A stretch of 46,792 bases of DNA from Pontiella sp. (GTDB lineage Bacteria; Verrucomicrobiota; Kiritimatiellia; Kiritimatiellales; Pontiellaceae). Under the pieces are notes generated by a model that was not told where the DNA came from, did no database searches, and saw only the letters and a list, made by a program, of their open reading frames with translations. The stretch is taken from the NCBI GenBank assembly GCA_050297095.1, contig JBNKSB010000102.1, forward strand, positions 1 to 46,792. Reading direction: 5' to 3'. Below, in pieces: positions 9,031 through 18,797 of this stretch. Numbering within the stretch: position 1 is the first letter of the stretch; each line of letters begins with the position of its first letter. A program made the translations under genes and the position numbers.

Positions 9031-10392
9031 TTAGGAGCCGTATTGGTTGCGTATCCGTTCCAGCAGTTCATCCCTGCCAGCAACTCCTCCTTCTATTTGG
9101 AGGTTGTAGGCTTCCCTAAGGATTCTGCCCATCTGTCGGCCTTCGCGGATGCCCATGGCGATCAGGTCATGTCCATTTACCCATGGTTCAGGCAATGCCG
9201 GTTCGTTTTCCATTTCGGTTATCTGGTTTTGCAGGAACTCGTAATTATCGAGCATTTGATGCGAGCCAAGGCAATCAAGCCGATGCAACTCCAGCTCGAG
9301 GCCAAAGGTTTCGGCTCCGATCAGTCGGCGCAGTTTCGCGGTACGCATATCCTGTACGTTCATGAAACGCATGTGTCCGCGAATGGCCTCGACAATGTGC
9401 TTTCGCTCCTTGTTGGGGAATTTAAGCCGCATCAGAATATCGTCTGCCATCTGGGCACTTTTTTCGGCGTGGCCGTCGAAACGAATGCGCGGCTTTCCGT
9501 CGGTTCCGGGGCCGATGCGCGCAGTCGAGGGCTTGCCGACATCATGCAGCAGAACGGCGTAGGCCAGCTCCCGGTGCGTGTAGGCCGGTGCCGGTTCGCG
9601 ATTCTTTTGCATGAGATTGAGCATGAGAACGGTGTGTTCAAAAACATCGCCTTCGGGATGGAATTGCGGCGGTTGTTCCTGTCCGACCATGGGGATGATT
9701 TCGGGGAGAATGTGTTTGAGCAAATCGCTTTGGTGAAGGTGGAGAAGGGCATCGCCAGGGTTGATACTTTCGGTCAAGGTCCGCGTCAGTTCCGATTCGA
9801 TGCGTTCTGCGCTGATTCGCCGGATCAGCTGCGCCATCCTTTGGATGGCCGCATCGGTTTCCTGCTCGATTGAGAATCCGAGTGTGTGGGCAAACCGAAT
9901 GGCGCGCAACATGCGGAGATGATCCTCCTGATAGCGCTCTTCCGGATTGCCGATGGAGACAATACGTTTCTGTTCAAGGTGTGCCTGCCCTCCAACATAG
10001 TCGTACAGCGTCTCCGAGAGGGGATCGTAGAACATTCCGTTGATGGTAAAATCACGGCGGAGGGCGTCTTCCTTTGCGGCGCAGAAATGTATGGTTTCCG
10101 GATGGCGGCCATCTATTGTTCCGGCTTCCTTGCGGAAGGTGGCGACCTCAACCGTCTCCTTCCTGTCAACCACTGCAATCACTCCGAATGCCTTTCCAAT
10201 AGGAATGGTTTTAGGAAACAACTGCTCAACCTCACCTGGTTTGGCACTGGTGGCAACATCGTAGTCTTTGGGGGTTCGGCCCATTAGTTCATCGCGGACA
10301 CACCCGCCTGCAAAGAATGCTTCATGTCCATGTCGTTGCAATGTTTCAACGACATTGAGGGCGATTTTTTTTTGTTGGAGTATTTCACTCAT
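9031..10392 (-). CDS. cca: CCA tRNA nucleotidyltransferase / poly(A) polymerase family with HD domain
   Basis: GGCVRD, DYDVAT, EVATFR, RRDFTIN, EDHLRMLRAIRF, ERI..EL, HPEGDVFEHT, LLHDVGK. Confidence 0.88.
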   Translation of the reverse strand: MSEILQQKKIALNVVETLQRHGHEAFFAGGCVRDELMGRTPKDYDVATSAKPGEVEQLFPKTIPIGKAFGVIAVVDRKETVEVATFRKEAGTIDGRHPETIHFCAAKEDALRRDFTINGMFYDPLSETLYDYVGGQAHLEQKRIVSIGNPEERYQEDHLRMLRAIRFAHTLGFSIEQETDAAIQRMAQLIRRISAERIESELTRTLTESINPGDALLHLHQSDLLKHILPEIIPMVGQEQPPQFHPEGDVFEHTVLMLNLMQKNREPAPAYTHRELAYAVLLHDVGKPSTARIGPGTDGKPRIRFDGHAEKSAQMADDILMRLKFPNKERKHIVEAIRGHMRFMNVQDMRTAKLRRLIGAETFGLELELHRLDCLGSHQMLDNYEFLQNQITEMENEPALPEPWVNGHDLIAMGIREGRQMGRILREAYNLQIEGGVAGRDELLERIRNQYGS

Positions 10393-10465
10393 ATTTAATT
10401 TACCCGCTCGCAAATGAACTCTAGACTCCATTCGATGTCGAAGGAAAACGATAAAGGAATTCAGA

Positions 10466-12070
10466 ATGAGAAAAATCGCTTTTACATTTATCCTGCTTGC
10501 AGCCTTCGCTTTGTCGACATGGGCTCAATTCAGCGACCCGTTCACTGTCGACGTGCAGGTGTTGGATAATGAAGTGCAGCTGGATGTAGACATTCCTGAG
10601 AATCACTACATCTATGCGGATCACTTTGAGGTTGCTGATGCGCTCGGTAATCTGCAGGACGCCTTGGAACTACCGGAAACGGGATCGATCGAGGATCCTG
10701 AAACCGGCAACCCGAAACCGGTGTACGACCAATCTTTCAACGCCGTTTATTCATGGCATCCCGCAGATGGCGGTGCCGGGATTGTTCATGTGAAGTATCA
10801 GGGTTGCAACGACGAAACTTGTTTCCTCCCGCAGGACAAGGAAATCGTGATCGATCCAGCTGCAGTGGCAGAAAAACCAACAGAAAAAGTCGAGCCCGAA
10901 ACGGAAACAGATTGGCAGTTGGCCCTTCGGAAATTTGCAGTAAAGGAGAGCGCAGTGGGCTATCTAGGGGCTTCCGATTTCATTACTTTTCTTGATCGCG
11001 CCGAAACGGGGATTTCTCCGACGGACCCCAGTATATTTCATCTGTTTTTGGCCGATCCTGTAGCGTTTGTGCGCGAGAAGGGATTGGTCGTAACGATATT
11101 GTTCATTCTCATTGGTGGATTGGCACTGAACCTGACTCCCTGCGTGCTACCCATGGTCCCAGTCAATCTGGCTATCATTGGGGCGGGAGCACAGGCCGGT
11201 TCGAAGGGGCGGGGTTTTGCTCTTGGGTCTGTTTATGGATTGGGTATTGCCTTGGTCTATGGATTGCTCGGTGTGATCGTGGTCCTTACGGGATCGGCAT
11301 TCGGAACGATTCAGGCCAACCCATGGTTCAATTTGGTGATAGCCTTGATCTTCGTGGTGCTGGCATTGGCCATGTTCGATGTCATACATATCGATTTTTC
11401 CCGCTTCCAATCGAAACTGGGTAGTGGAGAAAAGAAGTCCGGCAGTTTCCTTCTGGCGATTTCCATGGGCTCGGTTGCGGCCTTGTTGGCCGGAGCCTGC
11501 GTGGCTCCCGTCGTAATAGCCGTTCTCTTGCTAGCCACCAATATCTACGAAGCCAACAGTATCGCCGGGTTGTTGCTTCCATTTGTGTTGGGGATTGGTA
11601 TGGCGTTGCCATGGCCTTTTGCCGGTGCGGGACTTTCCTTCCTTCCCAAGCCCGGGAAATGGATGGTGTACATCAAATACGGATTTGCGTTGGGAATCAT
11701 CTTTTTTGCACTGTATTACGGCCACCTTAGCTATCAGGCATTCCATTCGGTCGAGATCTCCGATATGCAAGGCGAAGGCCACTTGGTCATCGACGGAAGC
11801 ACCAACGAGGGGTTTGCCGATGCGTTGCTGGATGCGAAAAAGCAGGGGAAGCCAGTCTTTATCGATTTCTGGGCCAGTTCGTGCAAAAACTGCAAGGCGA
11901 TGGATAGGACGACCTTTAAGGATGAGATGGTACGGTCGCGCATGGAAGACTATGTTTTCATCAAATACATTGCCAATGAACTGGAAGGCTCGCCCTCGAC
12001 CAAGGCCGTTATGGAGTATTTCGATGTGCAGGGATTGCCAACCTTTGTCGTCCTGAACGGTTCGGAATAG
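10466..12070 (+). CDS. dsbD: DsbD-family thiol:disulfide interchange protein
   Basis: Signal peptide, N-domain QGCNDETC, TM domain LTPCVLPM and GACVAP, C-terminal thioredoxin domain DFWASSCKNC and GLPT. Confidence 0.88.
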   Translation: MRKIAFTFILLAAFALSTWAQFSDPFTVDVQVLDNEVQLDVDIPENHYIYADHFEVADALGNLQDALELPETGSIEDPETGNPKPVYDQSFNAVYSWHPADGGAGIVHVKYQGCNDETCFLPQDKEIVIDPAAVAEKPTEKVEPETETDWQLALRKFAVKESAVGYLGASDFITFLDRAETGISPTDPSIFHLFLADPVAFVREKGLVVTILFILIGGLALNLTPCVLPMVPVNLAIIGAGAQAGSKGRGFALGSVYGLGIALVYGLLGVIVVLTGSAFGTIQANPWFNLVIALIFVVLALAMFDVIHIDFSRFQSKLGSGEKKSGSFLLAISMGSVAALLAGACVAPVVIAVLLLATNIYEANSIAGLLLPFVLGIGMALPWPFAGAGLSFLPKPGKWMVYIKYGFALGIIFFALYYGHLSYQAFHSVEISDMQGEGHLVIDGSTNEGFADALLDAKKQGKPVFIDFWASSCKNCKAMDRTTFKDEMVRSRMEDYVFIKYIANELEGSPSTKAVMEYFDVQGLPTFVVLNGSE

Positions 12071-12092
12071 GAACCGAACCCCCATATTGCAT

Positions 12093-12121
12093 AAAAAAGC
12101 CTCGGCTGTACCGAGGCTTTT
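12093..12121. terminator. Bidirectional terminator between convergent dsbD and clpX
   Basis: AAAAAAGCCTCGG-ctgta-CCGAGGCTTTT. Confidence 0.85.
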
Positions 12122-12146
12122 CTTGCGTGCGGGCTAAGTCGTCTTC

Positions 12147-13409
12147 CTACGCTGTCTTTTTCTCCTTGTCGGCCTCGTCCACAATCTTGAGTCCTTCACG
12201 GGGATGAACGCCGTGCTCAACCATGTCGCGCGTGATGGTGCAATGCGTCACATCGTTGCGCATAGGGATTTCGTACATGATATCCAGCATTAGATGTTCA
12301 ATGATGGCACGCAATCCGCGGGCACCGGTCTTGCGTTTAATGGCCATGTCGGCCAGCGCGTGAAGGGCTTCCTCATCAAACTCGAGTTCAACGCCATCCA
12401 TTGCAAGCAACTTTTTATACTGCTTCACGATGGCATTCTTCGGTTCGGTGAGAATGCGGATTAGCTCGTCTGCAGTCAATTCGTCGAGTTTGGTCACCAC
12501 CGGCAAGCGGCCGATGAATTCGGGAATCAGTCCGAACTTGAGCAAGTCTTCGGATTCGACGTTCATCGTGACAAAGTTAGGTGAAACCTCTTCCGTTTGG
12601 GCCTTGCCGAAGCCAATGCTCTTTTTATCGACTCTGCGCTTGATGATCTCCTCGATACCAACGAAGGCACCGCCGCAGATAAACAGGATGTTGGATGTGT
12701 CGATTTCGAGATATTCCTGCTGTGGGTGCTTGCGACCGCCTTTGGGCGGAACGCGGGCCACAGTACCCTCAATGATTTTCAGCAACGCCTGCTGCACGCC
12801 TTCGCCCGATACGTCACGAGTCAGGGATACGTTGTCGGTGCGCCGGCCAATTTTATCGATCTCATCGATATAGATGATGCCGCGTTGGGCGCGATCAATA
12901 TCAAAATCGGCGGCTTGCATGAGCTGCAGCAGAATGTTTTCAACGTCTTCACCCACATAGCCAGCCTCGGTTACGGTGGTGGCATCGGTGATGGCGTAGG
13001 GCACGTTCAGCGAGCGGGCCAGCGTCTTTGCCAGCAGGGTTTTCCCGCTACCGGTCGGGCCAATGAGTAATACATTGCTTTTGTCGATTTCAATGCCGTC
13101 ATCTTCCAGCTGTGCGAACATGCGCTTGTAATGATTGTGCACGGCGACCGCCAGAACCTTCTTGGCGGTATCCTGGCCCACCACGTAATCGTCCAGTTTT
13201 TGTTTCAGCTCGTGTGGACTGAGCACGCCGATTTCCTGGGATGTCGTCGGCTCGTCATCCCGTTCCGTGAATTGGTGGCCCAGCAGGGCGTCGCACAGAC
13301 CGACACATTCATCGCAAATGAACACGCCGGGGCCGGCAATCAGCCTTTTGACTTCCTTTTCGTTCTTGCCGCAAAAGGAGCATTCTGGAGGAGTGTGCTT
13401 GTCCGACAT
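12147..13409 (-). CDS. clpX: ATP-dependent Clp protease ATP-binding subunit ClpX
   Basis: CSFCGK..CDEC zinc finger, [34 protein letters not shown]. Confidence 0.98.
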   Translation of the reverse strand: MSDKHTPPECSFCGKNEKEVKRLIAGPGVFICDECVGLCDALLGHQFTERDDEPTTSQEIGVLSPHELKQKLDDYVVGQDTAKKVLAVAVHNHYKRMFAQLEDDGIEIDKSNVLLIGPTGSGKTLLAKTLARSLNVPYAITDATTVTEAGYVGEDVENILLQLMQAADFDIDRAQRGIIYIDEIDKIGRRTDNVSLTRDVSGEGVQQALLKIIEGTVARVPPKGGRKHPQQEYLEIDTSNILFICGGAFVGIEEIIKRRVDKKSIGFGKAQTEEVSPNFVTMNVESEDLLKFGLIPEFIGRLPVVTKLDELTADELIRILTEPKNAIVKQYKKLLAMDGVELEFDEEALHALADMAIKRKTGARGLRAIIEHLMLDIMYEIPMRNDVTHCTITRDMVEHGVHPREGLKIVDEADKEKKTA

Positions 13410-13421
13410 GGGATTTCCTCG

Positions 13422-14021
13422 TTACTTTGCGTGTTCCACGACTTCGTCGACAAGGCCGTAGCTTACGGCCTGCTCAGCAGACATGAAGTTATCACGGTCC
13501 GTATCTTTTTCCAAGTCCTCAATGGAGCGGCCGGAATGATTGGCCAGAATTTCATTGAGGATTTTTCTAATGCGCAGGATTTCCTGCGCCTGGATATTAA
13601 TGTCCGTGGCCTGACCCTGGGCACCGCCAAGCGGTTGGTGGATCATGATGCGCGCATTGGGCAGGGCATAGCGCTTGCCTTTTGCGCCGGCTGCCAGCAA
13701 GACAGCTCCCATGCTCGCGGCCTGACCCACGCAATAGGTGGTAATGTCGCATTTCAGGAACTGCATCGTGTCGTAGATGGCCAGCCCTGCCGTAACGACC
13801 CCTCCGGGGGAGTTTATGTAGAGATTGATATCTTTCTCCGGGTCTTCGCTTTGCAGGAACAGCAACTGGGCGATCACCAGATTTGCAACCGTGTCGTCGA
13901 TTTCAGTGCCTAGAAAAATGATACGCTCCTTCAGGAGCCGGGAATAGATGTCGTACGAACGTTCGCCGCGTCCGGTTTGTTCAACAACGACGGGTACAAG
14001 CATTTGCGCCTTCTCGTTCAT
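13422..14021 (-). CDS. clpP: ATP-dependent Clp protease proteolytic subunit
   Basis: [25 protein letters not shown] (catalytic Ser), MIHQP, DRDNFM. Confidence 0.98.
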   Translation of the reverse strand: MNEKAQMLVPVVVEQTGRGERSYDIYSRLLKERIIFLGTEIDDTVANLVIAQLLFLQSEDPEKDINLYINSPGGVVTAGLAIYDTMQFLKCDITTYCVGQAASMGAVLLAAGAKGKRYALPNARIMIHQPLGGAQGQATDINIQAQEILRIRKILNEILANHSGRSIEDLEKDTDRDNFMSAEQAVSYGLVDEVVEHAK

Positions 14022-14125
14022 TTCGCTTCCTTTATTATATTTGTTGGTATTACGACTATTGGGTCAATGAGCTTTTTCATCAACCCAATAATCCAACCAT
14101 CCAGCCTTTCGGCTCTGGGGAAAGC

Positions 14126-15421
14126 CTACTTGATTTTGGCGTTTTCGAGCATGTAGTCGAGCGCCTTGTTGAAACGGATCTGTTCGCCTACGCTGGCGAT
14201 GGAGTCGTTTTTCTCCATTTCATTGCGGAGTTCACGTGCATCCTTCCGCTGGCGGATGGCCATCGTCGCAATTTCTTCGTCGATCTCGTTTGCCGAAGCT
14301 TCCATCTTCAGTTCGGAAGCAATTCCCAAGCCAATGTAGCGAAGCTTGACGTTCTCCAAGGCACGCTCTTGGGCTTCCTTGAGGATTTCTTCCTGTTGTT
14401 CAGCAATCTGCTCTTGTGTCTGGCCCGCCATCATGCGGCGCTGGGCAATGTCGTACATGACATTGCGGGTCTGTTGCTGTACCACGCTTTCCGGTACGTC
14501 GAGCTTGGTCTTCTTGATCAGAAACTCGACGATTTGCTCGTGCTTTTTGTTAAGCGTTTCGTTTTCGGCCTGGGCTTCGAGCTGTTCACGAATCTTTGAG
14601 CGCAGGTCGTCTTCCGATTCCACCTGGAGTTTCTGGCAAAATTCTTCGTCGATCGCCGGCAACCGGCGTTCGCGAACGGCGGTGACTTCGATTTCGTAGA
14701 CGGCCTTTACGCCCGCCAGTTCCTTTACCATGAAGTCGGCGGGGAAGTTGACTTTGACCTTTTTCTTGTCGCCGGCCTTCAGGCCGACGATCGCATCGCC
14801 CATGCCGGGAATGAAGGCATATTCATCGGCGGAAACCCAGTAGCCGGAGCCGTTGCCAATGCCTTTGGCTTCCGGAATAGCTTCCTTGAGCGGTTTGCCG
14901 TCGGTGGTTGCCTCGTACGTCAGTTGAGCCATATCGCCTTTTTCAACCTTCTTGCCATCGACTTCTTCGTAGTTTGCATGCTGGTTCAGGATCGAGTCGA
15001 CCTGTTCCTGGACCTGAGCGTCGGTGACTTCCACCTTTTCCTCTTTTACAGGAATTTCGGTGTATTTTGGCAGCTTGAATTCGGGCTCGACGTCGACGGT
15101 TACGTCGAAGGAAACCGGCTCGCCTTCCTTCAATTCCACGTCGGTGGCGTCGACTACGTTGACCACCTTGAGTTCGGTTTCCATCAGGGCTTCCTGATAG
15201 TACTTGGGCAGGACGCGCTCCTGAATATCCTTGTCGATATCCTTGCCATATTTCTTGGCCACCACGTGCTTTGGAGCCTTGCCTTTACGGAATCCGGGAA
15301 TATTGGCGTATTTGCTGTAGGCCTTGAGGGTTTCGTCGCGTTCCTCGGCGATCTTGTCGGCCGGGATTTCAATGGTCATGGTTTTGCGGCATGCGCCGGC
15401 ATCTTTGACTGAAACATTCAT
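14126..15421 (-). CDS. tig: Trigger factor
   Basis: IPGFRKGKAP ribosome-binding motif, FKBP-like middle domain (FIPG), canonical tig-clpP-clpX order. Confidence 0.95.
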   Translation of the reverse strand: MNVSVKDAGACRKTMTIEIPADKIAEERDETLKAYSKYANIPGFRKGKAPKHVVAKKYGKDIDKDIQERVLPKYYQEALMETELKVVNVVDATDVELKEGEPVSFDVTVDVEPEFKLPKYTEIPVKEEKVEVTDAQVQEQVDSILNQHANYEEVDGKKVEKGDMAQLTYEATTDGKPLKEAIPEAKGIGNGSGYWVSADEYAFIPGMGDAIVGLKAGDKKKVKVNFPADFMVKELAGVKAVYEIEVTAVRERRLPAIDEEFCQKLQVESEDDLRSKIREQLEAQAENETLNKKHEQIVEFLIKKTKLDVPESVVQQQTRNVMYDIAQRRMMAGQTQEQIAEQQEEILKEAQERALENVKLRYIGLGIASELKMEASANEIDEEIATMAIRQRKDARELRNEMEKNDSIASVGEQIRFNKALDYMLENAKIK

Positions 15422-15469
15422 AAATCGTTTATCTCCTGTGTTTAGTCCCTTGCGGGATAAAAGGCGGGA

Positions 15470-15498
15470 ACATTACGCATGAACCCCTCTCAGGTCAA
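15470..15498 (-). promoter_or_regulatory. Putative sigma70 promoter of tig-clpP-clpX
   Basis: Minus strand TTGACC-17 nt-TAATGT. Confidence 0.55.
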
Positions 15499-15600
15499 GT
15501 CTGCCGGATCGGCTTTGTGCGGGTTGAAGCAAAACTCCCCTAGCCGCAAAAAATCCATACATCCGGAAGAACAAAGGGAATGCGCAACGGCATATTCCGG

Positions 15601-16569
15601 CTAGGGAATGGTGGTTCGCAGGACCGTGGCGTTGCCGGTCAGGGTGTAGGCGGGGAGAGCAGCCGGAATTAAAGCTGAGGTTCCCGCGGGAAGGGATAGG
15701 CGTTCGCCGGCCCACTCGATGCTTGCTTCGCCTTCCGCGACAAACAGGGCATGGAACGTGGTGCCGTTGACTGGTACTTCGAGGGGGGCGGAAAAATGCA
15801 ATTTTTCCAACCGGAAGTATTCACATTCCAGGATTTCCCAGCATTTGAACGTGTCGGTATCGACCAACAGCTTGGGGGGCCATAGCGGAGTTTTCTCGTC
15901 GCTCCAGTTGATGACGTTGATGGCTTGGTCGAGATGCAGCTCCCGCGGCTTGCCGTCGTTGCCCATGCGGCCCCAGTCGTAGATGCGGTAGGTGGTGTTG
16001 GAGTTTTGTTGGATTTCGAGGATCAGGCAGCCTTCATCGATGGCGTGGACGCACCCGCCACGGATCAGTACGGCGTCGTCTTTTGAAACGGGGACCGAGC
16101 GCAGTGTTTCGCCGCTGGTGCCATTCTCTACGGCTTGGAGAAAACCTTCCTTGGTGATGCCCTCCTTGAGGCCACAGTAGATATTGGTGTCGTTTTCTCC
16201 GAGCAGGTACCACATTTCGGTTTTGGCTTCGCCTCCGAACCTGGCGGCCGTTTCGTCGTTGGGATGAACCTGCACGCTGAGTTTTTTCTTGGCGTCGATC
16301 AGCTTGATCAGCAACGGAAATTTTGTTCCCTCGACTCTTGAGCCCAGGATTTCCTTCGGAGTTTCCCCAAGCACCTCGCGCAGGGTTTTTCCGGAAAGTG
16401 GACCGTTGGCAACGATACTCATGCCATCATCATGGTCGGCAATTTCCCAGGATTCCGCGTAGATGCCCTCAGGAACATTGCGGTTGTACATTTCGGGAAT
16501 GCGGGTTCCGCCCCAAGGATAATCCTTGTAGACGGGTTTGAAAATCAGGGGATACAGGTTGTCTTTCAT
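15601..16569 (-). CDS. manA: Type I mannose-6-phosphate isomerase
   Basis: PWGG, AESWE, FPLLIKLIDA..LSVQVHP, KTEMWY, VHAI, EIQQNSNTTYRIYDWGR. Confidence 0.92.
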   Translation of the reverse strand: MKDNLYPLIFKPVYKDYPWGGTRIPEMYNRNVPEGIYAESWEIADHDDGMSIVANGPLSGKTLREVLGETPKEILGSRVEGTKFPLLIKLIDAKKKLSVQVHPNDETAARFGGEAKTEMWYLLGENDTNIYCGLKEGITKEGFLQAVENGTSGETLRSVPVSKDDAVLIRGGCVHAIDEGCLILEIQQNSNTTYRIYDWGRMGNDGKPRELHLDQAINVINWSDEKTPLWPPKLLVDTDTFKCWEILECEYFRLEKLHFSAPLEVPVNGTTFHALFVAEGEASIEWAGERLSLPAGTSALIPAALPAYTLTGNATVLRTTIP

Positions 16570-16715
16570 GTGTCTTAGGGTAAGCATTTGTTGCGTCGGG
16601 ATTACAGGATATTTGGATATTATTCTTGCTGATGCTTCCCAGAGAAGCTCTCGTACAGGAGAGAATCGCGTTTTTGGTTTTGAATCAATCCCTCTTTGTG
16701 GCTCAATTCAATGAA

Positions 16716-17099
16716 ATGGAAGACCCGAGAAACAGTAAGCGAAACAATGCGCGGTGGAATGTCGACAAGGTGCGGTTCCACCTCAAAAAACCGATGGCGC
16801 CGAATCGGGAAGTCCGTCGTATCGACACCGTTCTAAAGGATGTAATCGATGGGCTTGAGGAGCCGCAAAGCGAAGACATTCTCGTCCTGCGTGATGCCTG
16901 GCCGAAGCTGGCCGGACCGCAGATCGCAAAGCATAGCCAGCCAGTCGCGCTGGAACACTTTACGCTATGTGTTAGCATCGATCATCCGGGCTGGTTGCCG
17001 GAGATGCAACGCTCAAAGCGAATCCTGCTCCAAAAACTCCAATCCCAATACCCTGATCTTCGAATCAAGCAACTACATTTTGCGCTGACGCACAGATAG
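16716..17099 (+). CDS. DUF721/DciA family protein
   Basis: 'L..AWPKLAGPQIAKHSQPVAL..TLCV.IDHPGWL.EM..ILLQKL' matches the DUF721 pattern (W..I.G..IA.H, L.V....W..EL). Start uncertain. Confidence 0.7.
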   Translation: MEDPRNSKRNNARWNVDKVRFHLKKPMAPNREVRRIDTVLKDVIDGLEEPQSEDILVLRDAWPKLAGPQIAKHSQPVALEHFTLCVSIDHPGWLPEMQRSKRILLQKLQSQYPDLRIKQLHFALTHR

Positions 17100-17108
17100 A
17101 TTTATTGA

Positions 17109-18440
17109 TTAAAGCAATGTGCCGGCCAGATCGGCCAGTTCCGAGCGTTCCCCCTTGGTCAGGTTGATGTGTGCATACAAGCGCTGACCCTTCATCCGCT
17201 CAATGAGATAGCTGAGTCCTGTTGAGTGGCTGTCGAGGTAGGGGTGGTCGATCTGGAAGACGTCGCCGGTGAAAACGATCTTGGTTCCTTCTCCGGCTCG
17301 CGTAATAATGGTTTTGACTTCGTGGGGGGTCAGGTTCTGGGCTTCGTCGACGATGAAAAACGTGTTCACGAGACTTCGGCCGCGGATGTAGGACAACGGT
17401 TCAATGATCAGCTTTTTCTCTTCCAGCAACTTGTGCACCTGACTCCGTTTGGTTTCGGCTTGTCCCTGTGCGTGTTCGATGACGCCAAGGTTGTCGAACA
17501 GGGGCTTCATGTAGGGGTCGAGTTTGGACTGGATGTCTCCCGGCAAAAAACCGATGTCCTTATTGCTGAGCGCCACGATCGGGCGGGCCATGAGGATTTG
17601 ACGGTAGCTTTTTTTCCGTTTAAGCGCGCCGGCCAGGGCCAGCAGGGTTTTTCCTGTGCCGGCTTTACCCGTCAGGCTGACCAGGCGGATGTTGTCGTTG
17701 AGCACCGCATCCAACGCATAGGTTTGTTCCGCGTTGCGGGGTGTGATTCCAAAAGCGGGAACCTTGTCTACATGCTTGATAAGGTTTTGTTCGTCATCGA
17801 AGACGGCAAGCGCCGATTTGCGTTCCCCGCGCAGAATGAGATATTCATTTGGTAGCAAGGGAATGTCGATCTTGAGGTCCGAGGCTGGAAATTCATAGGG
17901 GGGGACATACATGAGGGCGATAAGTTCGGGGTCGATGTTTTCGACGATTCGCGTGCCCGTGTAGAGTTGCTGTATGTCGTGCACCTGGTCATTCTTGTAG
18001 TCTTGGGAAAGCAGACCGACCGCTTTGGCCTTCATGCGCAGATTGACATCTTTGGTCACAAGACAGACGATACGGTCCTTGTTCTCCTTGGCGACTTTAT
18101 AGCCAATGTTGAGAATATGGTGATCCGGTTTCTTGGTGGAAAAGTTGGCGGCAAGATTCTCGTCAAACTCCCGGTCGAGCTTGATACTTATTTTTCCCAT
18201 CCCTGACCCGATCGGAACGCCGCCGTTAAACAGCTTGTCGCCACTGAGGGAGTCAAGGGTTCTTGCAAATTCGCGCGCATGGAAATTTAGCGAGTCGTTA
18301 CCTTTCTTGAAGTTGTCCAGCTCTTCAAGAACGGTAATGGGAATCACGATGTCGTGTTCGCCAAACTGGTGGATGCAACTGCTGTCGTGGAGAATTACGT
18401 TGGTGTCGAGGACGAATATCTTTCTTTGACTCGCGGTCAT
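17109..18440 (-). CDS. PIN-domain PhoH family ATPase (PhoH2/YlaK type)
   Basis: N-terminal PIN domain (VLDTNV, LEELD, TKDVNLR), Walker A GKAGTGKT, GFLPG, YIRGRS, DEAQN, GD..QID. Confidence 0.92.
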   Translation of the reverse strand: MTASQRKIFVLDTNVILHDSSCIHQFGEHDIVIPITVLEELDNFKKGNDSLNFHAREFARTLDSLSGDKLFNGGVPIGSGMGKISIKLDREFDENLAANFSTKKPDHHILNIGYKVAKENKDRIVCLVTKDVNLRMKAKAVGLLSQDYKNDQVHDIQQLYTGTRIVENIDPELIALMYVPPYEFPASDLKIDIPLLPNEYLILRGERKSALAVFDDEQNLIKHVDKVPAFGITPRNAEQTYALDAVLNDNIRLVSLTGKAGTGKTLLALAGALKRKKSYRQILMARPIVALSNKDIGFLPGDIQSKLDPYMKPLFDNLGVIEHAQGQAETKRSQVHKLLEEKKLIIEPLSYIRGRSLVNTFFIVDEAQNLTPHEVKTIITRAGEGTKIVFTGDVFQIDHPYLDSHSTGLSYLIERMKGQRLYAHINLTKGERSELADLAGTLL

Positions 18441-18589
18441 GTTGTGGAAGGTCCTTTCATTTTTTTCACGTTATCTGGTCACCTCTTACGGAATTTGAAC
18501 GCGGTAATCCTCCTCTCAAAGGTTCATCTCCGCATATGGCACTCTCATAAAAGCAATCTGATTTTGCTGTAGCGACTCCGTATGGTCAA

Positions 18590-18635
18590 TCGCTAAATGG
18601 TGTGATCGCTGGTGTGGCTGTACAAGATGTTGTGG
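18590..18635. promoter_or_regulatory. Two tandem NrdR-box-like motifs in the phoH / ispD-like divergent intergenic region
   Basis: TCGCTAAATGGTGTGA (18590-18605) and GTACAAGATGTTGTGG (18620-18635) compared with the NrdR consensus acaCwAtATaTwGtg; 30 nt apart. Confidence 0.45.
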
Positions 18636-18797
18636 TAGAGGGGCTCTCGCCAAGAGTAGGAAGATCGCCGGATTCACTGGTGGACAAAAGCAGCTCGATT
18701 ATTCAGATCCTTTGAGCGCCCAACATTGACCACTTCTTGAAAATATTGTAATAATTCGACTGTCGAACATTTCGTTCGGCATATGGATGGAGGACAC

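Noticed and set aside
8123-9873. Long plus-strand ORFs (284 aa at 8123-8977; 276 aa at 9043-9873)
   Set aside because: Antisense to icd and cca; open frames like these are expected from codon bias.
15422-15600. Possible tRNA upstream of tig (a common location)
   Set aside because: No cloverleaf, T-loop GTTCRA or CCA end visible on either strand; only a promoter-like sequence.
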